Assembly: GCA_038209365.1 (NCBI GenBank)
Contig: JBBQXS010000002.1
Span: forward strand, 19,038-83,037
Origin: Acidimicrobiia bacterium
Lineage (GTDB): Bacteria; Actinomycetota; Acidimicrobiia; IMCC26256; PALSA-610
Length of the DNA: 64,000 nucleotides
Direction of reading: 5' to 3'
Shown here: positions 8,808 to 18,637 of the stretch, one piece after another
Position numbering within the stretch: position 1 is the first letter of the stretch
How the letters are laid out: each line of letters starts with the position of its first letter
Translations under genes and position numbers: made by a program
The notes under the pieces: model-generated
What the model saw: the letters and a program-made list of their open reading frames with translations, nothing else
Database searches by the model: none
Told to the model about the DNA's origin: nothing

Positions 8808-11303
8808 TTACTCGGGTGTACCGCTCCCGGCGAGCTCGACCGGCGGCGGCTCGATGCCCTGCACGTTCCGGAACACGACCTCGTCGCCCTCGGCGTCGAC
8901 CACGATCGTGTCGCCGGCGTGAAATTCCTTCCAGAGGATCTTCTCCGAGAGCGGGTCCTCGATCAGACGTTGGATGGCGCGGCGCAACGGCCGCGCGCCC
9001 AGTGCCGCGTCGTACCCCTTTGCCGCGACGAGCAGCTTCGCGGGCAGCGTGAGCTCGAAGCCGAGCCCCTGCGACTCCAGCTGCCGTTCGACACGCTTGA
9101 TCAGCAGGTCGACGATCTCGGTGATCTCGTCCGTCGTGAGGTTGTGGAACACGATGATGTCGTCGATGCGGTTGAGGAACTCGGGCCGGAAGTGCCGCTT
9201 GAGCTCGTCGTGCACCTTGTCCTTCATCTTGTCGTACGTCACGTGCTCGTCGGATCGCGCGAACCCGAGCGATGCCTTCTTGAGGTCGGCGGTACCGAGG
9301 TTCGACGTCATGATGATGACGGTGTTCTTGAAGTCGACCGTGCGACCCTGCGCGTCGGTGAGCCGTCCGTCCTCGAGGATCTGCAACAGCGTGTTGAAGA
9401 CGTCGGGGTGGGCTTTTTCGATCTCGTCGAAGAGCACGACCGAGAACGGCTTGCGCCGCACGGCCTCGGTGAGCTGACCGCCTTCGTCGTAGCCGACGTA
9501 GCCGGGCGGCGAACCGACGAGCCGGGACACGGTGTGCTTCTCCATGTACTCCGACATGTCGAGCTGGATCATGGACGACTCGTCACCGAACAAGAACTCG
9601 GCGAGCGCCTTGGCGGTCTCGGTCTTCCCGACACCCGAGGGACCCAAGAAGATGAAGGAGCCCGAAGGTCGCTTCGGGTCCTTGAGACCGGCACGCGTCC
9701 GCCGGATCGCCTGTGACACCGCCTTGATGGCGTCGTGCTGACCGACGATCCGCTTGTGCAGCTCCTCTTCCATGCGCAGGAGCTTCGCGGTCTCTTCCTC
9801 TGTGAGCTTGTACACGGGGATACCCGTCCACAACGCGAGCACCTCGGCGATCGACTCCTCGTTCACCTCGTTGAACAAGTCGACGCCTTCGGCGCGCCAC
9901 TCGCTCTCCTTGGAGGAGCGCTGCTCGAGCAACGACTTCTCGCGGTCGCGCAACGATGCGGCGCGCTCGAACTGCTGCGCCTCGATCGCCGCCTCCTTCT
10001 CCTTGCGGACCTTCGCGATCTGGTCTTCGAGCTCGCGGTAGTCGGGTGGCGCCTGCATACGACGGATACGCAGGCGCGAGCCCGCCTCGTCGATGAGGTC
10101 GATCGCCTTGTCGGGCAGGTGGCGGTCGGAGATGTAGCGGTCGGCGAGGTTCGCCGCGGCCACGATCGCCTGGTCGGTGATCGTGACGCGGTGGTGCGCC
10201 TCGTAGCGCTCGCGCAGGCCCTTCAAGATCTCGATGGTCTGCGCGACCGTCGGCTCGTCGACCTTGATCGGCTGGAATCGCCGTTCGAGCGCCGCGTCCT
10301 TCTCGAGGTGCTTGCGGTACTCGTCGAGCGTGGTGGCACCGATCGTCTGGAGCTCACCGCGGGCGAGCATCGGCTTGAGGATCGACGCCGCGTCGATCGC
10401 GCCTTCGGCCGCGCCCGCGCCGACGAGCGTGTGCAGCTCGTCGATGAACAAGATGATGTCGCCGCGTGTGCGGATCTCCTTCAGCACCTTCTTCAGGCGC
10501 TCTTCGAAGTCGCCGCGGTAGCGGGAACCCGCGACCAGCGCGCCGAGGTCGAGCGTGTACAGCTGCTTGGCATGCAGCGTCTCGGGCACGTCGCCGTCGA
10601 CGATGTTCTGCGCCAGCCCCTCGACGATCGCGGTCTTGCCGACCCCGGGCTCACCGATCAGCACCGGGTTGTTCTTGGTGCGGCGGCTCAGCACCTGCAT
10701 CACGCGCTCGATCTCGCGCTCGCGCCCGATCACCGGGTCGAGCTTCTTCTCGCGTGCGAGCTGCGTGAGGTTCCGGCCGAACTGGTCGAGGACGAGCGAG
10801 CCGGACGGCTGGTTCTCCCCGCCGGCGCCCTGAGTCGCGCCCTGGCCCGCCGCTTCCTTCGTCCCCGCGTAGCCCGAGAGCAACTGGATGACCTGCTGGC
10901 GGACGCGAGACAGATCTGCGCCCAGCTTCACGAGCACCTGCGCGGCGACACCCTCGCCCTCGCGGATCAACCCGAGGAGGATGTGCTCGGTGCCGATGTA
11001 GTTGTGCCCGAGCTGCAACGCCTCCCGCAGGGAGAGCTCCAAGACCTTCTTCGCACGGGGTGTGAACGGGATATGACCGGACGGTGCCTGGCCGCCGTGG
11101 CCGATGATCTCCTCGACCTGGGCGCGCACGGCTTCGAGTGAGATGCCGAGCGACTCGAGTGCCTTGGCCGCGACGCCCTCACCCTCGTGGATCAGGCCGA
11201 GCAGGATGTGCTCGGTACCGATGTAGTTGTGGTTGAGCAGGCGCGCTTCCTCTTGGGCGAGGACCACGACTCGTCGGGCTCGGTCGGTGAAGCGCTCGAA
11301 CAA
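8808..11303 (-). CDS. clpC: ATP-dependent Clp protease ATP-binding subunit ClpC
   Basis: [20 protein letters not shown], two Clp-N repeats, two AAA+ modules ([16 protein letters not shown]), UVR domain. Confidence 0.98.
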   Translation of the reverse strand: MFERFTDRARRVVVLAQEEARLLNHNYIGTEHILLGLIHEGEGVAAKALESLGISLEAVRAQVEEIIGHGGQAPSGHIPFTPRAKKVLELSLREALQLGHNYIGTEHILLGLIREGEGVAAQVLVKLGADLSRVRQQVIQLLSGYAGTKEAAGQGATQGAGGENQPSGSLVLDQFGRNLTQLAREKKLDPVIGREREIERVMQVLSRRTKNNPVLIGEPGVGKTAIVEGLAQNIVDGDVPETLHAKQLYTLDLGALVAGSRYRGDFEERLKKVLKEIRTRGDIILFIDELHTLVGAGAAEGAIDAASILKPMLARGELQTIGATTLDEYRKHLEKDAALERRFQPIKVDEPTVAQTIEILKGLRERYEAHHRVTITDQAIVAAANLADRYISDRHLPDKAIDLIDEAGSRLRIRRMQAPPDYRELEDQIAKVRKEKEAAIEAQQFERAASLRDREKSLLEQRSSKESEWRAEGVDLFNEVNEESIAEVLALWTGIPVYKLTEEETAKLLRMEEELHKRIVGQHDAIKAVSQAIRRTRAGLKDPKRPSGSFIFLGPSGVGKTETAKALAEFLFGDESSMIQLDMSEYMEKHTVSRLVGSPPGYVGYDEGGQLTEAVRRKPFSVVLFDEIEKAHPDVFNTLLQILEDGRLTDAQGRTVDFKNTVIIMTSNLGTADLKKASLGFARSDEHVTYDKMKDKVHDELKRHFRPEFLNRIDDIIVFHNLTTDEITEIVDLLIKRVERQLESQGLGFELTLPAKLLVAAKGYDAALGARPLRRAIQRLIEDPLSEKILWKEFHAGDTIVVDAEGDEVVFRNVQGIEPPPVELAGSGTPE

Positions 11304-11462
11304 AATGATCCGCCTCTCGGTGAGCTTGCGGTGCGTCCACTCTATCGGCCGGTCGCCCGCCGACTTTGGCGCCGGAGCCCGGTCTGAGTGGCTTCTTTCG
11401 TATTTCCCAGGGCTCTACGGAGCATCCGTCGGGGGTGCTCCACGATGACCCTGAGCTTGTTC

Positions 11463-11490
11463 TCTACGCCTGAGTCATTCGGATCATTCC
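11463..11490 (-). promoter_or_regulatory. Putative SigH/SigR-type ECF promoter for clpC
   Basis: Minus strand GGAAT-N18-GTAGA versus consensus GGAAT-N18-GTT. Confidence 0.5.
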
Positions 11491-11539
11491 CGAGGCTCCC
11501 GAATCGACCCTCTCGGGCGGCCGGCCGTACGCTCCTCGC

Positions 11540-12517
11540 GTGTCTCTCGTCGACGACGTGGACCTTCCGCCCCTGGCCGGCGACCTGGTCCGGGTCGAGG
11601 CCCGCCTGAACCAGGCCGTCCGTGCCGAGGACCGGTTCCTGGGCGACGTGGCGGGCCACCTCCTGGGAGCAGGTGGCAAACGCCTACGGCCGGCCTTGTC
11701 GCTCTGCGCGGGCTACGCGGCCCGGGGCGCCGACGGTCCGGCGAGCGCGGAGGTCGTGACCGGCGGGTCGGCCGTGGAGCTCGTCCATCTCGGGTCGCTC
11801 TACCACGACGACGTGATCGACGAGGCCGAGACGCGGCGGGGCGTGCCTTCGGTGAACGCGCGCTGGTCGAACATCGTCGCGATCCTCGCCGGCGACTATC
11901 TCCTCGCCCAGGCGTCGACGCTGGCCGCGTCGCTCGGCGCCGACGTCGCCGGGCTCCTGGCCTCGACGATCGGCGAGCTCTGCCGGGGCCAGGTGCTCGA
12001 GCTGCAACACCTCTTCGACCCCGATCGGTCGGAGGAGTCGTACCTCTCGGCGATCGAAGGCAAGACCGCGTCGCTGATGGCAACCGCGTGCCGCATCGGC
12101 GCGATGGTGAGCGGGGTGTCGGCCGACACCCTCGACGCGCTCACGCAGTTCGGCCATCACCTCGGCATGTGCTTCCAAGTCGTCGACGACGTGCTCGACG
12201 TCACCGCCACCGAGGCGGTGCTCGGAAAGCCGACCGGGAACGACGTGCACGAAGGCGTCTATACGCTCCCTGTGATCTACGCGCTTGCGGGCTCGGGCGA
12301 GTTGCGCGAGTTGCTCGGTCGCAAGCTCGAATGGCCCGAGGTCCGCCAAGCGGTCGACCTGATCGCAACCGCAGAGGTCGTCGACGCGTCAACGACCTTG
12401 GCGCGCACGCATGCCACGAAGGCGTCGGAAGCGCTCGCCGGCGCGGCCGAGCTCGACGGTGAGGTGTGCGAGCGCCTCCGCAGGCTCGTCGACGGCCTCG
12501 TCAGCCGCTCCAGCTGA
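11540..12517 (+). CDS. Polyprenyl diphosphate synthase (heptaprenyl-type)
   Basis: GGKRLRP, HDDVID..RRG, GKTA, FQVVDDVLD. Confidence 0.93.
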   Translation: MSLVDDVDLPPLAGDLVRVEARLNQAVRAEDRFLGDVAGHLLGAGGKRLRPALSLCAGYAARGADGPASAEVVTGGSAVELVHLGSLYHDDVIDEAETRRGVPSVNARWSNIVAILAGDYLLAQASTLAASLGADVAGLLASTIGELCRGQVLELQHLFDPDRSEESYLSAIEGKTASLMATACRIGAMVSGVSADTLDALTQFGHHLGMCFQVVDDVLDVTATEAVLGKPTGNDVHEGVYTLPVIYALAGSGELRELLGRKLEWPEVRQAVDLIATAEVVDASTTLARTHATKASEALAGAAELDGEVCERLRRLVDGLVSRSS

Positions 12518-12525
12518 CCGTCGCG

Positions 12526-12915
12526 ATGGCCTCGGAAACCGATGCGCTCCGCGACGCGTTCATGGGACGCGTGAACGCGTGGCTGGCCGCCGACCTCGAC
12601 GCATACATGGACTGCTGGGCCGACGACATGGTCATCGAGCTGCCGTCGGGCCTGATCGACGACAAGGCGGACTACCGACGGTTGGTGAAGGGTGGGTTCC
12701 GCTGGGCCGAACCGGTGTCGTTCGTCGTCCATCACCTCGCGTACACGACAACGACCGGCGACGTCGTCCTCGCGGACTGGACGATCCGCGCCCGCCGGCG
12801 CGAGGACCACTGCGTGATCGAGTGGCGCGGGCTCTCGGTGTGTGAATTACGCGAGGGCAAGATCGCATGGTGGCGCGAGCACCACCTTGCGCCACCCGCG
12901 CCCATAGCCGGCTAA
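12526..12915 (+). CDS. NTF2/SnoaL-like domain protein
   Basis: Size about 130 aa, WLAADLDAY..WADD, GKIAWWRE pattern. Confidence 0.8.
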   Translation: MASETDALRDAFMGRVNAWLAADLDAYMDCWADDMVIELPSGLIDDKADYRRLVKGGFRWAEPVSFVVHHLAYTTTTGDVVLADWTIRARRREDHCVIEWRGLSVCELREGKIAWWREHHLAPPAPIAG

Positions 12916-13739
12916 GCCGCAGGGACGTCGGCGGAGGCGTCGACCTCGTCGAGGAACGACAGCACGACGTCGTTGAAGCCGTTGGGCGACTCTGCCATCA
13001 ACCCGTGCGCGGCACCGCGCAGCACGTACAGCCGGGCGTTCGGAATGAGCTCCGCCACCTCTTCCGCGTCGCCGAGCGGCGTGAGCGTGTCCTGCGACCC
13101 GGTGATCACGAGAGTCGGCGCGGCCACACCGGGAAGCTCGAACCGCAACTCGTCGGAAGCATCGAGGATCGCGTCCACCTGCGCGATGAATGCGTGCGGC
13201 TTCGTCTGTATCAGCACACGCGCGAGCACGTTGACGAACACACCGAGACGGCGCTGCAACCGCGGACCGATCAGCCAGCGCATGCCGTCATCTCGCAGCC
13301 CGGCCATGCCGCGCTCGCCGACCGCGTCGGCCCATTCGGCGAACAGCTCGCGCCGCCATTCGTGGTGGCGGCACCCGGTGCACGCGAGCGTGAGCGAACG
13401 CACGCGCTCGGGATGCCGTACGCCGATGATCTGTGCGATCACACCGCCCATCGACGCGCCGACGATGTGCGCGCGCTCGATCCCCTCGTTGTCCAACACC
13501 TGCAGGACGTCCTTGGCCATGCGCGTCAGGTCGTAGGGGCCGGGCGGCGCGTCCGAGGCACCGACCCCCCGGTTGTCGACGGCGATGCAACGGTGGCGGC
13601 GGCCGAATGCTCCACGTTGGAGTGCCCACCCGCGGCTGTCCATGCCCAGGCCTTGTATGAGCACGACCGGCGTACCGTCACGCCGCCCCCACGTGCTGTA
13701 CGCAATCTTCGTGCCGTCGTCGGTGACGATGTCCGGCAT
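12912..13739 (-). CDS. Alpha/beta fold hydrolase
   Basis: DNRGVGAS, GASMGG, D and H of catalytic triad. Confidence 0.9.
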   Translation of the reverse strand: MPDIVTDDGTKIAYSTWGRRDGTPVVLIQGLGMDSRGWALQRGAFGRRHRCIAVDNRGVGASDAPPGPYDLTRMAKDVLQVLDNEGIERAHIVGASMGGVIAQIIGVRHPERVRSLTLACTGCRHHEWRRELFAEWADAVGERGMAGLRDDGMRWLIGPRLQRRLGVFVNVLARVLIQTKPHAFIAQVDAILDASDELRFELPGVAAPTLVITGSQDTLTPLGDAEEVAELIPNARLYVLRGAAHGLMAESPNGFNDVVLSFLDEVDASADVPAA

Positions 13740-13779
13740 GTCCCGAAGGCTACCGGGATCGTGCGCGGTGCCGGTCGCC

Positions 13780-14466
13780 TCAGGTTTCGTTCAGCAGCGC
13801 CCGCACCGCCACGCGCATCGCGTCGGCGAAACGCGCCGCGGCAAGCGGGTCGTCCGGGTCGTACGGGTCGTCGAGCGTCACGAGCGGGCCGAAGCGGACA
13901 TGCCACGGGCCCAATGCCGTACCGAACGGACCACCGGGCATCACGGCCGCGGGGATGATGCGGGCGTGCGTGAGCGCGGGCATCAGCGCGTGCGGGGGCG
14001 CGCCTGCTCCTGTGCGCAGGAAGGTGTGGGCGAGCGGGACGCCGACGAGATGACCGGCGCGCAGCGCGACGCTGATGTCCGGCTCGCTCGCCGCGATCGC
14101 GCCGAACCGCCGCGCAAGCGCGCCCAGGAACGGCACCGCGGGCGCCCCGATCACGCGCAATCGACGTCCGGTGACCCGTTGCACCGCGAGGCAGAGTGCG
14201 GCGGGCTCGACGACACCGAAGCCCCGGTTCGCAACGATCGTCGCGGGGCCCTGCTCGGGCACGTGTTCACCACCACTCACCCGCACCGGCAGCGCGACCG
14301 TGAACGCGGGCGCGACGAGGTCTGCGAGCTGCGGGTCGAGGCCGAAGGGGTCGATCGGAAAGCGTCCGGAGAATCGCCGCTTGACTGCGGTCACCGGCGC
14401 TTCCGGCCGTCCGACACGTTCGTCGTCGAGTCGATCCAGCGACGTCACGCTACAGATGCCGGTCAC
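13780..14466 (-). CDS. PlsC/lysophospholipid acyltransferase-like protein with degenerate HX4D motif
   Basis: DPFGLDP N-terminus, V.GGEHVP..GPA.IVAN, W.VRFG; coupled to SDR gene as in the mycobacterial Rv0501/Rv0502-like pair. Confidence 0.72.
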   Translation of the reverse strand: MTGICSVTSLDRLDDERVGRPEAPVTAVKRRFSGRFPIDPFGLDPQLADLVAPAFTVALPVRVSGGEHVPEQGPATIVANRGFGVVEPAALCLAVQRVTGRRLRVIGAPAVPFLGALARRFGAIAASEPDISVALRAGHLVGVPLAHTFLRTGAGAPPHALMPALTHARIIPAAVMPGGPFGTALGPWHVRFGPLVTLDDPYDPDDPLAAARFADAMRVAVRALLNET

Positions 14467-15437
14467 GCCACTTGCTCCTGTCCGGTCGCGATCGGCACCA
14501 CGTCGGCCCACTCGAACAGCTCACGAAGCACGTCTTGTGTCGATGCGAGCTTCGTGAGCTGCAGCATCTCGCGCGCGCGGCTGCCGTCGCCGGTGCAACC
14601 GTTGCGGAGGAGCTCGACGACGTGCGGCGCGATCGCGGCGCCGGCAATCTCTGTAGCGCGCGCTACCGCGCCCCACATTCGCGGGGGCACCGGGAGCGGG
14701 ACCCGGCCGCCGAGGCGCGCCGCTTGCCAGGGTGTGGCCGCGCCGGGACCGACGACGTTGCACGGACCGTCGACGCGATGCTCGATCGCGGCGACCATCG
14801 CGTCCGCGGCGTCGTCCGGGTGCAGCAGCGAGAACGGCGGGTCCGCGAAGGCGCTCACGGGCACGACGGGGAGCCGCAGCAGCCGCCCGAGCGGGCTCGG
14901 CACGTGCGACCCGACCACGGGCGCGTACCGCAGCGCGCAGACGCGAACATCCGCATGGAGCAACGCGATGCCCTTCGCTATACCTTCGACCTTCAAGAGG
15001 GAGCGTCCGTACGGCGTGCGTGGCACGGGCACGACGTCCTCGTCGGGCACCGACACCTTCGCGGTGCGCGGTCCGTACACCTCGAGACCACTTCGCAGCA
15101 CGACGTACTCGAGTTTGCCCGCACGTGCCGCCGCACTGAGCGTCGCGATCGCGGAGAGCTCGGTGCGTTCCGCCGCCGACGCGGGTGTCATGCGCGACGC
15201 CGGCTCGTACACGCCGAAGTGCGCAACGACGGTCGGTGCGTAGTCCTGCACGAACGCAGCGAGCCGATCGCGGTCGCGCGGATCGATACGTCGGAACTCG
15301 GTCCGCCGGAGTCGCCGGCGCGGCGGCACGAAGTCGACACCCATGACGTCGTCCGCCCATGACCGCTGCTCGATCAGCTGCGCGACGCGCGTACCGAGCT
15401 CGCCACCCATTCCTGTGATCAACACCCGCTGACTCAT
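14463..15437 (-). CDS. NAD-dependent epimerase/dehydratase family (extended SDR)
   Basis: RVLITGMGGELG Rossmann motif, VYG, ADPPFSLLHPDD. Confidence 0.85.
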   Translation of the reverse strand: MSQRVLITGMGGELGTRVAQLIEQRSWADDVMGVDFVPPRRRLRRTEFRRIDPRDRDRLAAFVQDYAPTVVAHFGVYEPASRMTPASAAERTELSAIATLSAAARAGKLEYVVLRSGLEVYGPRTAKVSVPDEDVVPVPRTPYGRSLLKVEGIAKGIALLHADVRVCALRYAPVVGSHVPSPLGRLLRLPVVPVSAFADPPFSLLHPDDAADAMVAAIEHRVDGPCNVVGPGAATPWQAARLGGRVPLPVPPRMWGAVARATEIAGAAIAPHVVELLRNGCTGDGSRAREMLQLTKLASTQDVLRELFEWADVVPIATGQEQVA

Positions 15438-16927
15438 GACTGTCCTGCCTCGGGTCGCAGGTGGGGGAACATGATGACCTCACGGATCGAGGTGACGCCG
15501 GCGAGCAACATGATCAGCCGGTCGATGCCGAGCCCCATGCCACCGGTCGGCGGCATGCCGTACTCCAGCGCGCGCACATAGTCGGCATCGATGCCGTGTG
15601 CCTCGACGTCGCCGAGCTGCTTGAGCGTGGCCTGGGCCTCGAAGCGCCGGAGCTGTTCGATCGGATCGTTCAGCTCACTGAAGGCATTGGCGAGCTCGCG
15701 GCCGCGCACGATCAGCTCGAAGCGCTCGGTCATCGCCGGATCATCGCGGTGTGTACGTGCGAGGGGTGAGACCTCACGCGGGTAGTCGCACACGAAGGTC
15801 GGCCCGGCGATGTTCGCCTCCGTCGTCTTCTCGTAGATCTCCAGCACCAGCTTCCCCGAACGCCAATTGTGCTCCCACGGTACGCCCAGTTGGTCGCACG
15901 CCTGACGCAGCGCCTCGACGGGCTGGGAGGGGTGCACCCGGACCCCGGCGTGCTCCCGCACGAGGTCGACGAGCGGGCGGCGCTCGAAGGGCGGCGTGAG
16001 ATCGACCGGAGTGCCGTCCCATTCGACATGCGTCGTACCGATCGCGGCCCGGGCGGCCTCCGCCACCAGCTCCTCGGTGAGGCGCATCATGTCGTGATAG
16101 TCGGCAAACGCCTCGTACAGCTCCAACATCGTGAATTCGGGGTTGTGCCGCGTCGACAACCCCTCGTTCCTGAACACGCGAGCGAGCTCGAACACCTTGT
16201 CGTAGCCACCGACGATCAAGCGCTTCAGGTACAGCTCAGGGGCGACGCGGAGGTACAGGTCGGTATCGAGGGCGTTGTGGTGCGTCACGAACGGCCGGGC
16301 GGTCGCGCCTCCAGGAATTGGATGCAGCACCGGCGTCTCGACCTCCTCGAACCCCCGCGCCCGAAGGAATGCACGGATCGCGGAAATGGTCTCGAAACGG
16401 ATGTCGAACACGCGGCGCGCGTCGTCGTTGGCGATGAGATCCACGTACCGCTGCCGGTAGCGCGTATCGGTGTCGGTGAGCCCGTGCCACTTCTCGGGCA
16501 GCGGGCGTAGCGCCTTCGACAGGACGGAGAATTCCGCCACCTTGACCGAGAGCTCACCGCGCTTGGTCTTCATGACCGTTCCTCGCACGCCCAGCCAGTC
16601 GCCGCGGTCGACCTCGGCGACGAAGCGATCGAACCCGGCGTCGCCGAGCTCGCCCTTGGAGACGAACAGCTGCATCGTGTCGGTTCCGTCGCGCATGGTG
16701 GCGAACACGAGCTTGCCCTGGTCGCGGAGCAGCAACACACGGCCCGCGACGCGGACGACGTCGTCGGTCGACGCGCCCTCGTCGACCTTGTCGTCCCAGT
16801 GCGAACGCACCTCGTGCAGTGTGTGCGTACGATCGAACCGCGCCGGATATGGGTCCTCGCCGCGCGTACGCATCGCCTCGACCTTGGCGAGCCGCGCCGA
16901 GAACTCGTCACCGGCCTCCGCGTTCAC
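15434..16927 (-). CDS. lysS: Lysine--tRNA ligase (class II)
   Basis: GGATARPFVTHHN, FRNEG..HNPEFTMLE, GMPPTGGMGLGIDRL; GTG start overlaps coaX stop. Confidence 0.97.
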   Translation of the reverse strand: MNAEAGDEFSARLAKVEAMRTRGEDPYPARFDRTHTLHEVRSHWDDKVDEGASTDDVVRVAGRVLLLRDQGKLVFATMRDGTDTMQLFVSKGELGDAGFDRFVAEVDRGDWLGVRGTVMKTKRGELSVKVAEFSVLSKALRPLPEKWHGLTDTDTRYRQRYVDLIANDDARRVFDIRFETISAIRAFLRARGFEEVETPVLHPIPGGATARPFVTHHNALDTDLYLRVAPELYLKRLIVGGYDKVFELARVFRNEGLSTRHNPEFTMLELYEAFADYHDMMRLTEELVAEAARAAIGTTHVEWDGTPVDLTPPFERRPLVDLVREHAGVRVHPSQPVEALRQACDQLGVPWEHNWRSGKLVLEIYEKTTEANIAGPTFVCDYPREVSPLARTHRDDPAMTERFELIVRGRELANAFSELNDPIEQLRRFEAQATLKQLGDVEAHGIDADYVRALEYGMPPTGGMGLGIDRLIMLLAGVTSIREVIMFPHLRPEAGQS

Positions 16928-17688
16928 GCATTCCTCTCGAAGATGATCCTCAGACCGTAGAGGGTCAGCCACGGCTCGTAGTACCGGACCGTGCGTGAAT
17001 GCGGGATGATCGGCTCCGCGAGACCGCCGGTGGCGATGACCTCGCACGGACCGAGCTCGGCGACGAACCGGTCGACGAGCCCGTCGACCTGCGCGCTGAA
17101 GCCGTAGATCATGCCCGACTGGATCGACTCTGCCGACGTCCGGCCGATCACGTGCTTGGGCTCGGTGAGCTCGACGCGTCGGAGTCCGGCCGCACGCCCG
17201 AACAGCGCGTCCATCGAGATCTCGACGCCGGGAAAGATCGCCCCGCCGAGATACTCCCCCTTGTCGCTCACCGCTTCGATCGTGGTCGCGGTGCCGAAGT
17301 CGACGACGATCGACGGGCCCCCGAACAGGTCGTATGCACCGACGGCGTTGGCGATGCGATCGGCACCGACCTCCTTCGGGTTGTCGTAGAGGATCGGCAT
17401 GCCGGTGCGCACTCCCGGCTCGAGGACGAGCGCGGGAAATCCGAAGTACCGATCGGTCATCGTCCGCAGCTCGGCAGTCACGCGCGGCACACCCGACGAG
17501 ATGGCGACCCCGGTGATCGACGCGTCGAACGAGAAGCCGTGGAAGCCGAGGAACTGCTGCACCATCAACGCGAGCTCATCCGACGTACGGTCGGCAACCG
17601 TCGCGATGCGCCAGTGGTCGACGAGCTCGGCATCGCGGAACAACCCGACGACCGTCTGGGTGTTCCCTGCGTCGATCGCTAGCAACAC
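16924..17688 (-). CDS. coaX: Type III pantothenate kinase
   Basis: LLAIDAGNT, VGADR, VDFGTATT, ATGG. Confidence 0.96.
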   Translation of the reverse strand: MLLAIDAGNTQTVVGLFRDAELVDHWRIATVADRTSDELALMVQQFLGFHGFSFDASITGVAISSGVPRVTAELRTMTDRYFGFPALVLEPGVRTGMPILYDNPKEVGADRIANAVGAYDLFGGPSIVVDFGTATTIEAVSDKGEYLGGAIFPGVEISMDALFGRAAGLRRVELTEPKHVIGRTSAESIQSGMIYGFSAQVDGLVDRFVAELGPCEVIATGGLAEPIIPHSRTVRYYEPWLTLYGLRIIFERNA

Positions 17689-17689
17689 G

Positions 17690-17796
17690 GTCGCACGACG
17701 CGGTGAGCGGAGCGGAGCGGAGCGAACTCACCGGAGCGGCGAGCGTCCCGTAGGGCGGCGCCGGGTATCCCGGCGGCCGAGCGAGTGCGACAAAGC
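17690..17796. repeat. Multi-hairpin intergenic element with GAGCG repeats
   Basis: Outer stem GTCGCAC/GTGCGAC, inner CGGTGAG-(CGGAG)3-CGAA-CTCACCG and GCCGGG-tat-CCCGGC hairpins. Confidence 0.7.
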
Positions 17797-17797
17797 A

Positions 17798-18637
17798 TCA
17801 TCGGATGTCGAGACCGATGTCGAGAATCCGAACCGAATGTGTCATTGCGCCGATCGAGATGAAGTCGGCGCCCGCCTCGGCGTAAGCGCCGACGGTATCT
17901 AGCGTGACGCCGCCGGACACTTCGACCTTGGCCTTGCCTTTGACAGTCTTGACCGCGGCCCGCACCTCGTCGGGGGTCATGTTGTCGAGCATGATGCAAT
18001 CGACATCGGCGTCGCGCGCCTCGGCGACCTGCTCCGGCGACTCGCACTCGACTTCGATCGTGCGCCCGGGCCAGCGCGCCCGCGCGTGCTCGACGGCCTG
18101 GGCGATACCGAGCACCGCCAGGTGGTTGTCCTTGATGAGCACCGCGTCCGACAAGGACTCGCGATGGTTGAAGCCGCCGCCGGCGCGAACTGCCGCCTTC
18201 TGCGCCGCGCGCATGGTCGGAATCGTCTTGCGAGTGTCGAGGATGCGTGCCTTGCCGTGCGCCGCCCGCACGTACCGCCGCGTCACCGAGGCAATGCCCG
18301 AACAGTGGCACAGGAAGTTGAGTGCGGTGCGTTCTCCCGCCAGGATCGCTCGCAACGAACCGGTCAACTGCCCGAGCTCCGCACCGGCCTCGACCGACTC
18401 GCCGTCATGCACCGCCCACTTGATGTCGACGTTCGTGTCGAGCTGCCGGTAGGTCTCGATGACGAACGCGGTGCCGGCGAGCACGCCTTCCTGGCGGCTG
18501 ACGAAGGCCGCGGCCGCCGTCCGGTCCTCGCCGACGCACGCGATCGAGGTGATGTCACCGAGCAGCCCGAGGTCCTCGGTGAGGGCATCCTCGACGAGGC
18601 GGCGGACGACCGTGCGAGGCGGGTCGAATCTGATCAT
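17798..18637 (-). CDS. nadC: Nicotinate-nucleotide diphosphorylase (carboxylating)
   Basis: ED...GDIT, ERTALN, DTRKT, NHR..LSDAVLIKDNH, IMLDN. Confidence 0.96.
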   Translation of the reverse strand: MIRFDPPRTVVRRLVEDALTEDLGLLGDITSIACVGEDRTAAAAFVSRQEGVLAGTAFVIETYRQLDTNVDIKWAVHDGESVEAGAELGQLTGSLRAILAGERTALNFLCHCSGIASVTRRYVRAAHGKARILDTRKTIPTMRAAQKAAVRAGGGFNHRESLSDAVLIKDNHLAVLGIAQAVEHARARWPGRTIEVECESPEQVAEARDADVDCIMLDNMTPDEVRAAVKTVKGKAKVEVSGGVTLDTVGAYAEAGADFISIGAMTHSVRILDIGLDIR

